This document shows positions 27,889 through 35,264 of a DNA stretch of 43,183 bases, in pieces. How positions within the stretch are numbered: position 1 is the first letter of the stretch; the number at the start of each line of letters is the position of its first letter. The stretch lies in assembly GCA_003483855.1 (NCBI GenBank), contig DMXP01000008.1, forward strand, positions 17,903 to 61,085, written 5' to 3'. A program made the translations under genes and the position numbers. The notes under the pieces are model-generated. The model saw only the letters and a program-made list of their open reading frames with translations. It had not been told where the DNA came from and made no database searches. Origin of the DNA: Candidatus Yonathbacteria bacterium. Lineage in GTDB: Bacteria > Patescibacteriota > Minisyncoccia > Phycocordibacterales > UBA1550.

Positions 27889-29160
27889 ATGAAGAAAATT
27901 CGAGTGATTGAACTATTTGCTGGAGTCGGGGGTTTCCGCCTAGGGCTTGATGCCGCTAGTAAAAAAGATTTTGCATATGAGACTGTTTGGAGTAGTCAAT
28001 GGGAGCCCGGCTCTGTAGCCCAACATGCTTCAGATATTTATGTTCAAAAGTTTGGAGCGGAGGGACACTCCTGCGAAGACATCCAAGAGGTTATAGAAAA
28101 TGATTTTAAGCAAATCCCTAATCACGACCTCCTTGTTGGAGGATTTCCATGTCAGGATTATTCAGTAGCAAGAACCGCAAATCAGGCAAAAGGTATTTAT
28201 GGTAAAAAGGGTGTCCTATGGTGGTCTATTTTTAATATTTTAAATAAGAAAGGTAAAAATGCCCCCAACTTTCTCATGTTAGAAAATGTGGACCGCCTGT
28301 TGAAGTCTCCATCAGCACAGAGGGGTAGAGACTTCGCCGTCATGTTGGCCTCCCTTTCAGATTTAGGGTATATCGTTGAGTGGAGGGTAGTTAATGCGGC
28401 TGATTATGGATTTCCTCAAAGGAGGAGAAGGGTTTTTATTGTGGGATACAAAAAAGGTACAAAAGCATTCAATTTGATTAAGAAGGAAAAAAGTATTAAA
28501 AATTGGATTTATAAAGAAGGCGTTATTGCCAAAGCATTTCCTGTAAAAAAAGAGGATGTTATCCCGCAGGATTTTAAAATTGAAGGCACTCTAGAGAAAG
28601 TTTCGGAAAACTTTTCTTCCCACAGCCCATCTAAAAGTCCTTTTGAAGTTTCAGGCGTTATGATTGATAGAAAAGTTTATACGGTAAAAACAATTCCTGA
28701 CTATAAAGGAAAATCCACATTACTTAAAGATCTAATTATCCATGATGAGAAAAAAATCCCTGAAGAATTTTTTATAAAGGATTCAGACAAGAAGAGGTGG
28801 GAGTATCTAAAGGGTGGTAAGAAAGAAGAGAGAAAATCGAAAGACGGTTTTGAATATAATTATTCAGAAGGCCCGATGGTCTTTCCTGATTCTTTAGATA
28901 AACCATCTAGAACAATAGTGACCGGTGAAGGTGGAAGCTCGCCGTCACGTTTTAAACATGTTATTAAAACTAAATCAGGCAAGTTGCGTAGATTAATGCC
29001 TTTAGAGCTTGAGAGGCTTAATATGTTTCCAGACAATCACACAAAGTTCATGCAAAATGGGAAGTCTGCGCCAGATGTAAAAAGAGCATTTATTATGGGA
29101 AATGCGTTAGTGGTCGGAGTAATCGAGAAGTTAGGTAAATCCTTGTTGAATTTTGCCTAG
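27889..29160 (+). CDS. DNA (cytosine-5)-methyltransferase, cognate of the Sau3AI-like REase
   Basis: ELFAGVGGF, GGFPCQDYS, LENV, PQRRRRVFI, MGNALV. Confidence 0.96.
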   Translation: MKKIRVIELFAGVGGFRLGLDAASKKDFAYETVWSSQWEPGSVAQHASDIYVQKFGAEGHSCEDIQEVIENDFKQIPNHDLLVGGFPCQDYSVARTANQAKGIYGKKGVLWWSIFNILNKKGKNAPNFLMLENVDRLLKSPSAQRGRDFAVMLASLSDLGYIVEWRVVNAADYGFPQRRRRVFIVGYKKGTKAFNLIKKEKSIKNWIYKEGVIAKAFPVKKEDVIPQDFKIEGTLEKVSENFSSHSPSKSPFEVSGVMIDRKVYTVKTIPDYKGKSTLLKDLIIHDEKKIPEEFFIKDSDKKRWEYLKGGKKEERKSKDGFEYNYSEGPMVFPDSLDKPSRTIVTGEGGSSPSRFKHVIKTKSGKLRRLMPLELERLNMFPDNHTKFMQNGKSAPDVKRAFIMGNALVVGVIEKLGKSLLNFA

Positions 29161-29449
29161 CACTTAACAATCTACAGGATGGTAGCTTTTCTTCGTAATC
29201 TATTGTTTTTAGGTTACTATTGGAATATGGATAACATCAACATTCTAAGGAGGCTAGAGAGAGGGGTCTATGAAGCAGATAGCCTGACTGATGAAGAGTT
29301 GGGATAACTTCGAATTATAATAATATGAAAAAAGTAATATTAAAATATCAAGAAACAGTAAGCATTTAAAGTGAGTATTTACCTGTATAAAAACTGTAGT
29401 AAACTTTGGCGCCTTGCAGAACCGGTTAGGATCTCTGAACACAGAAGTT

Positions 29450-32155
29450 ATGAACAAGATTGATTCTCAAATTTTAACTATCGATGAAAATATTCAACAG
29501 AATATTGAGAAATTTTCTCCCATAGAGAGAGGTTTATTGTCACAAAATATACTCTCGCAACTCAGGAACTTTGTTGAGCACATCTCGTTAAAAGCGTATT
29601 GCCAAGGCGGTGACATAGAAAATACATACGAGAACATTGTATCTGCAATTGAGTATGTGAAAACAAGAGGAGACTTAAGATTTCTAAGCAAATTTCACTA
29701 CTTCATCCAAAAAATAGCTTCTCACTACACACTAGAACAAGACGCATCGGAGCGACTGATGCTTAAATACTACGAATATCTACTTAGGGTGAAATCTTAT
29801 GCAAAGAACGCTCATAATCTTGATGTTCTCAAAAACATTGACCAGTTTCCACTAAATACTGACTCAACCCTCAGAGAGTATCATGAAAAAATAGCTGAAA
29901 AAATTAATCAACCAGAATCCGCAAGAGAGAAGGGGGACTACAGAGATAGGTATTACATACAAAAAATAAAACCATTTTTTGTAAAACACGAAATATATTA
30001 CGAAGTAACGTTCACCATCGCCAACGATCGAGCGAGCAAATTCGATCGGATCATCGCGTTTACTAAATTCGATATTTCTGAAAACTATTCAGTTAGACTT
30101 TCTGTAAGCTGTGACACAATTGAAGTTTTGGGTAAGCACATGCCTATCCAAATCATTGATGGCTGGGAGGTTTCAATACGTCCGTGTGAAATTAACAACT
30201 TTGCTGACATTTTAGGTCCTCATTCAAAAATCAGTGGTGGAAATTTGGAGTATCGCAAGCTGATGGGCTTTTTAACCGAATCGGTTTTTTCGTTGTCGGA
30301 AATTGTAAGTTTCGAGGATGGCTTTTATAATGAAATTAAGACTCGACTGACCCAAGGTGCGAAAACATATCACTTCTTTGATATTTTGGATAAATGTCGT
30401 GAAGTAACAAAAGATAATAAACCTGGAAGTAATGTTATCAAGTATTTACTCCAAAGTCTAAATAACAAGATTATAAAACGGCAGTATTGTAGAGAGGCAT
30501 GTGAGAGTTTGTCTAAGTTGTTTCTAGATTACGGATGTATCCCGTTCGACCAAATGCCATTTAACTCTTCGCTGAAAAATCATAATCCTAGAGTATCTGA
30601 CTTATTTGATTGTATCGACTTTACGAATCGAGAACATGAGTTCCTTGCACGGCTTATTAAGAATAATACTGAGACCGGGGGTGCTTTGTATACTCCGAAA
30701 AAAGATATCACTGGTTTCGATAACATAGACCAACTGGTAAATGACTACAACAATAGGTTGTACTACAAACACGGCCATCGGAGATTAGAGAGTTTCAATG
30801 GTCACATTTATATACAAGGATACGAGCAGAATACTCTAGGTATTCTAAAGAGGTTAAATAACTTATCGTTAAAAAATGTTAAAAATTATTCGAACTCGGT
30901 AGTCTCGTGGTTAACGTCCTCTGCCTATCAAGTCGATTGTGAAGATAAGAAGAAAATACTTACCGATGTATTTGAAAATTCCAGAGTGGCTCTAATTTAT
31001 GGAGCGGCAGGGACTGGCAAATCAACCCTGATAAACCACATCTCGAACTTCTTTAATGATAAAAGTAAGCTTTACCTAGCCAAGACCAATCCTGCTGTTG
31101 ATAATCTTAAAAGAAAGGTTGATGCGTCTACTTGTACCTTTAAAACAATCGATAGATTTTTGTCTAGCAGAAATTCAGATACAGAATACGACCTACTGAT
31201 TATTGATGAGTGCAGTACTGTCAGCAACTCTGATATGATAGATGTGTTAAATAAGGCCTCTTTCAAACTCCTTGTTCTGGTTGGGGATGTATTCCAGATC
31301 GAATCAATCATATTTGGAAATTGGTTTGGAGTAGCAAGAGATTTTGTCCCAGGTACTGCTGTATTTGAATTGACCAAGCCGTATCGAAGCACAAACGATA
31401 AATTGATTAACTTGTGGGATAAAGTTCGAAACATTGATGACGATATTTCAGAGCATATTGCAAGAAACAGCTACTCCACACCTTTGAGTGAGTCGATATT
31501 TGATACGTCTGAGGAAGACGAGATAATTTTGTGTTTAAACTACGATGGTCTCTATGGCATCAACAATATCAATAGATTTTTACAAAGTAGCAACAGTAAT
31601 CTCGCCGTGCAATGGGGTATTCAAACCTACAAGGTTAACGACCCGATTTTGTTCAATGAAACGGATAGATTTACACCGTTGATATACAACAATCTAAAGG
31701 GAAGGATTGTCGGTATTGAGAAGTTTGTTGATAGGATACAGTTTGATATTGAAATCGATAAAGCACTTAACCAGCTCGATGCCGAAGGGTATGATTTTCA
31801 GTTAATGTCGAATGCTGAGAATGGCAATTCAGTAATCCGTTTTTTCGTTAATAAGTTTGAGAGTTCTGACGACGACGACGATTCCTCGGTAGATACAGTC
31901 GTTCCTTTCCAAGTTGCTTATGCTGTTTCAATACATAAAGCACAAGGACTTGAATATGATTCAGTCAAGGTCGTCATTACTGATGAGATTGAGGAGATGA
32001 TAACGCATAACATTTTCTATACAGCAATAACCCGTGCCAAGGAAAGGCTGAAAATATATTGGAGCCCAGAAACTCAAAGCAAAGTACTTGCAAGTCTTGA
32101 AAAAAGAGATGGTAGAAAGGACGTGGTTCTTTTGTCACAGAAGCTCAATCTGTAG
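29450..32155 (+). CDS. RecD/UvrD-like SF1 helicase with a long uncharacterised N-terminus
   Basis: GAAGTGKST, IIDECS, LVGDVFQI, YAVSIHKAQGLEY, FYTAITRA; ATG at 29450. Confidence 0.9.
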   Translation: MNKIDSQILTIDENIQQNIEKFSPIERGLLSQNILSQLRNFVEHISLKAYCQGGDIENTYENIVSAIEYVKTRGDLRFLSKFHYFIQKIASHYTLEQDASERLMLKYYEYLLRVKSYAKNAHNLDVLKNIDQFPLNTDSTLREYHEKIAEKINQPESAREKGDYRDRYYIQKIKPFFVKHEIYYEVTFTIANDRASKFDRIIAFTKFDISENYSVRLSVSCDTIEVLGKHMPIQIIDGWEVSIRPCEINNFADILGPHSKISGGNLEYRKLMGFLTESVFSLSEIVSFEDGFYNEIKTRLTQGAKTYHFFDILDKCREVTKDNKPGSNVIKYLLQSLNNKIIKRQYCREACESLSKLFLDYGCIPFDQMPFNSSLKNHNPRVSDLFDCIDFTNREHEFLARLIKNNTETGGALYTPKKDITGFDNIDQLVNDYNNRLYYKHGHRRLESFNGHIYIQGYEQNTLGILKRLNNLSLKNVKNYSNSVVSWLTSSAYQVDCEDKKKILTDVFENSRVALIYGAAGTGKSTLINHISNFFNDKSKLYLAKTNPAVDNLKRKVDASTCTFKTIDRFLSSRNSDTEYDLLIIDECSTVSNSDMIDVLNKASFKLLVLVGDVFQIESIIFGNWFGVARDFVPGTAVFELTKPYRSTNDKLINLWDKVRNIDDDISEHIARNSYSTPLSESIFDTSEEDEIILCLNYDGLYGINNINRFLQSSNSNLAVQWGIQTYKVNDPILFNETDRFTPLIYNNLKGRIVGIEKFVDRIQFDIEIDKALNQLDAEGYDFQLMSNAENGNSVIRFFVNKFESSDDDDDSSVDTVVPFQVAYAVSIHKAQGLEYDSVKVVITDEIEEMITHNIFYTAITRAKERLKIYWSPETQSKVLASLEKRDGRKDVVLLSQKLNL

Positions 32156-32274
32156 CCAATCGCTGTCTTTACAACGGCTAGGTTGTCAAAGGTGTAAATA
32201 CCCTTAAGCGGTCTCGCGAGACACAACCCAAGCTCTTTTTATAGTGTCTATCGTGTCTATTGAGACCAGACCGA

Positions 32275-32387
32275 GCGGGGTAGATTTGGTACCCCGAAAA
32301 CCTTCAAGGAACCCTTACGGGGTCTCACAACGCTAATTCCGAGACCGACATGGGGCACCAGAAAAATACCCACAAGGGTATTTTTTG
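32275..32387 (+). repeat. Probable displaced right part of the tRNA-Arg-associated element
   Basis: GGGGTCTC...CCGAGACC stem, then CATGGGGCACCA (compare tRNA-Arg CAAGGGCA + CCA), then the aaaaataccc/gggtatttttt hairpin. Confidence 0.5.
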
Positions 32388-32517
32388 TGCCATTGGTAAG
32401 AATCGAATGTGACATAGACGACTGTTGACTATTTTGGCGTTGGTGGTATACTTCTAGTGGCAATAAGTTCCTTGCCTTTTTTTGTTTTTTAAAAATCTTA
32501 TAAAAGGGGAAGTAAAA

Positions 32518-32940
32518 ATGGTTAATAAAGCCAAGCACGAAACACCAGGAGTCATCGAGGTTCAACTCCCACATGGTTTTGTGGGAATAAAAACAGTAGC
32601 CATGTTGCTTGACGTAATGAGGCTCAAAAAATCGATCACTCCGCGTATGGGCTCGTTGCGCAACACAATCGGGACTAACAAAGCGGAGAAACTCGCTGGT
32701 TTCTGTACGGAGTGTTTAATGTACGGAGAAACAACCATTGTGGCTGTTGTCGCAAAAAGGGAAAGCTCCGACCAAAAAGTGACACAGTTTTTGTGTTTAT
32801 GCCCTTGCGCGGAAGTGCCAGAAGTATTCCAGATCAATGGCACATTTCTCAGACCGTTTGATTCGATGGAAGGGGTTGAGAGCAAGTTGGCATCTGTCGT
32901 TTTATCAACAGTAAGAAATGTTGAACGCGCGACATTGTAG
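32518..32940 (+). CDS. Hypothetical protein
   Basis: SD-like AAGGGG before ATG at 32518; terminator follows. Confidence 0.7.
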   Translation: MVNKAKHETPGVIEVQLPHGFVGIKTVAMLLDVMRLKKSITPRMGSLRNTIGTNKAEKLAGFCTECLMYGETTIVAVVAKRESSDQKVTQFLCLCPCAEVPEVFQINGTFLRPFDSMEGVESKLASVVLSTVRNVERATL

Positions 32941-32955
32941 CGCATAACACCCTAC

Positions 32956-32985
32956 AAAAAGCTCGGACATGCTCCGAGCTTTTTT
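32956..32985 (+). terminator. Intrinsic terminator
   Basis: aaaaagctcgga/tccgagctttttt. Confidence 0.8.
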
Positions 32986-33036
32986 ACAACATAAGGTGAT
33001 TTTGATTTTTTAGCAAAATCTGGTACATTATTTTGT

Positions 33037-33324
33037 ATGGAATTGGACACACGAAAGATAGATGAGCTTCTAGAAATTGCCCGCGAGAACAATAAGATTC
33101 TCAGGGGAATGCGACGCTCACAACACTGGAGTTCTTTGTTCAGATTAGTATATTGGGCGATAATTCTTGGATCGATTTTTGGAGTTTACTATTACTTTCA
33201 GCCAACGATTCAAAAGTATACTAAGACATTCCAGACTTCAATCGGCATTATTCAAAATTTTGAAAAAGCCGCTGGTTCGATTCCTACAGATGTCCAGGCA
33301 GTAAAAAATTTGATCCAGAAGTAG
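33037..33324 (+). CDS. Hypothetical single-TM protein
   Basis: ENNKILRGMRR followed by a TM helix YWAIILGSIFGVYYYFQP. Confidence 0.85.
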   Translation: MELDTRKIDELLEIARENNKILRGMRRSQHWSSLFRLVYWAIILGSIFGVYYYFQPTIQKYTKTFQTSIGIIQNFEKAAGSIPTDVQAVKNLIQK

Positions 33325-33430
33325 GATTTTCGACCCTTAGGTGAATTTACTAATTCAAAAGCGAAAATCCTCAGTCAAATGTTACTTGTCAGCTGTTAAT
33401 TGTTTTTAAATTTTCAAAAATTTAAAACAT

Positions 33431-33697
33431 GCCGAGGTAGCCGAACAAGCTTGTTCGTGTCTTGGACATAAACTTTGGTAGGCTCATAAGAGCTTGCATA
33501 CCAGTTATTATAGTGGAGTAAGTTAGGGCTAAGATATATGCCGATGTTGCTGACATGGTAGTTAAAGATTTAACAGATGTAAAAAGTAAGATATAGGTTA
33601 AGGTGTGAACATGCCGAGGTAGCTGACATGGTAGTTAAAGATTTAACAGAGGTAAAAAGTAAGATATAGGTTAAGGTGTGAACATGCCGAGGTAGCT
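33431..33697 (+). repeat. Array of tRNA-Phe 5'-end copies, including two tandem 73-bp units
   Basis: GCCGAGGTAGC-like starts at 33431, 33540, 33613 and 33686 (true tRNA); units 33538-33610 and 33611-33683 differ at 3 positions. Confidence 0.9.
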
Positions 33698-33761
33698 CAG
33701 TTGGTAGAGCATTCGCCTGAAGAGCGAGGGGTCACCAGTTCAACCCTGGTCCTCGGCACCA
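33686..33761 (+). tRNA. tRNA-Phe(GAA)
   Basis: GCCGAGG...CCTCGGC-A-CCA, anticodon arm TTCGC-CTGAAGA-GCGAG, T arm ACCAG-TTCAACC-CTGGT. Confidence 0.97.
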
Positions 33762-33987
33762 AATAAAGGAGCCGAACGCGAAAGCGTTCGGCGACTTTTA
33801 TTTTGTAGCCGAGGACCAGGGTTGAAAAGCGGAAGCGGGCACCTAGTGTACCCACTAGGTCGCTGAGCTGGGGTCGAGAGTACTTAATAGATTTTGAACG
33901 AAGTGAAAAAATATATTTAGTAACTCGTGACCTACCCTGAAATAATTATCCTCGGCACCATAATAAAAAACCGCAGGGAGTTTTTTT
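33762..33987 (+). mobile_element. tRNA-3'-associated non-coding element (copy at tRNA-Phe)
   Basis: GAAA-capped hairpin; perfect 19-bp inverted copy of the tRNA 3' part (33808-33826 vs 33739-33757); core ending TTAGTAACTCGTGACC; direct copy ACCCTG..TCCTCGGCACCA (33934-33960); A-run/T-run hairpin. Confidence 0.8.
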
Positions 33988-34027
33988 ATATTCAATATTC
34001 TAGATTCAAAATTCGATATTCAACCTC

Positions 34028-34492
34028 CTACAGTGACTTAATTTTAATCGTTTGTTTCCTGCCCTTGTCTATTTTTGGAAGCTTAATCGTGAGAAGCCCG
34101 TGTTTCTCTGTTGCTTCTACTTCTTCGGTTTCAACCTCAGACGGAAGTAGTATCACACGCGAAAATGCGCCCCAATAAAGCTCTTGATAGAAATAGTTTT
34201 CTGGAGAAATTCCTTTTGGTGCTTCACGCTTTCCCTTGATAGTGATCATTTCGCGTGTTACCGATACTGAAAGGTCCTCAGATGCCACACCCGCCACCAT
34301 TGCTTGAATAATGATGGAATCATTTGTCTGGTAAACATCTACCGCAAGCTCACCCTCTGGTATAGCTTCTGCTTCCCATTGATTAAAAGCTCCTTGTGGA
34401 GATTGCTCAATTGTTACCTCTTCCTCAAAGTCTGAGGATCTATCCTTGAGTGAGATAGTTCCTGTAAGTCGTTCAAAAAATGATCGTTTCAT
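34028..34492 (-). CDS. Hsp20/alpha-crystallin small heat-shock protein
   Basis: LAVDVYQT, ITIKGKR, ELYWGAFSRVILLP, GLLTIKLPK. Confidence 0.95.
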   Translation of the reverse strand: MKRSFFERLTGTISLKDRSSDFEEEVTIEQSPQGAFNQWEAEAIPEGELAVDVYQTNDSIIIQAMVAGVASEDLSVSVTREMITIKGKREAPKGISPENYFYQELYWGAFSRVILLPSEVETEEVEATEKHGLLTIKLPKIDKGRKQTIKIKSL

Positions 34493-34499
34493 ATATAAA

Positions 34500-35264
34500 T
34501 TAATTGATTGGTCTTTGTATGCGTTTTATTAGCGCAAGCAATACAATGATGCAAATGATAGCTACCCAAAATTGGGAAAATACCATAAGTGTCTTCATTG
34601 TTCCACCTGCGTCTATTATAGATAAATTAAAATATGCATGCAAGAGCGTTGCAACAATAATTCCGATGGTGGTGGCAACAAATTTAATGTATTTTGACGC
34701 GTAGAATGAAAATGCTATAGCAATGCCTACAAAAGCAGAAGAAACGATGTGAACAATAGTTGCTCCTATAAAGCGCATATTTCCATTCCCCAAAATATCC
34801 ATAAATCCTCCATGAGCCATATCTTTGAAAATGTATAAGGCATTTTCCATTGCAGCAAATCCTAGCGCAGCTGTGATGAGGTAAATCACTGCGTCCATTG
34901 GCTCATCAAAGAACTTACTCTTAAAAGCAATGAGAAACACGGTGGCATACTTTGCAAATTCTTCTATAAAAGCCCAGAGAGTTATTCGTACTGTCTGTTC
35001 ATCTATTGGTAGTGTGGTTAGTTTGGCCGAAACAATACCAACGATGCCCATAATTGTGTCAATGGATGCCAATACAAGTTTTTGTAATGGTAGTACAAAA
35101 TATACGATCGCCATTCCTGCAAAAAACGAGAGAGCAATGAGCCCAGTCGGTTCAGGCGCGTGCCTATCCTGTCTAAGCCAAAACCAAAGCCACACAAGCG
35201 ACGGGAGTATCCCACCTGCAATTGCAATTAATGCTGGTTTCCAAATTAAAATGGTTTCGGCCAT
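34500..35264 (-). CDS. PrsW-family intramembrane protease
   Basis: IEEFAK, ALGFAAMEN, H...S, LHAYFN; multiple TM helices. Confidence 0.93.
   Translation of the reverse strand: MAETILIWKPALIAIAGGILPSLVWLWFWLRQDRHAPEPTGLIALSFFAGMAIVYFVLPLQKLVLASIDTIMGIVGIVSAKLTTLPIDEQTVRITLWAFIEEFAKYATVFLIAFKSKFFDEPMDAVIYLITAALGFAAMENALYIFKDMAHGGFMDILGNGNMRFIGATIVHIVSSAFVGIAIAFSFYASKYIKFVATTIGIIVATLLHAYFNLSIIDAGGTMKTLMVFSQFWVAIICIIVLLALIKRIQRPIN

Larger units (their letters stand above)
20425..32274. mobile_element. Serine-recombinase genomic island with defence cargo, just 3' of tRNA-Arg
   Basis: Large serine recombinase, phage-like and RM genes, visibly AT-richer right half; candidate boundary repeats TGAGAC-AGACCGA (20425-20437) and TGAGACCAGACCGA (32261-32274). 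Confidence 0.75.

Noticed and set aside
20425-32274. Complete prophage
   Set aside because: No large terminase, portal, capsid, tail or lysis genes.
33431-33697. CRISPR array
   Set aside because: The two 73-bp units are near-identical along their whole length (no unique spacers), the repeat is a tRNA 5' fragment, and no cas genes are present.
33762-33987. Group I or II intron in the tRNA T-loop
   Set aside because: The upstream tRNA is already complete. I see no P7 or domain V signature and no terminal G, and the distal Phe copy has a disrupted T-stem.
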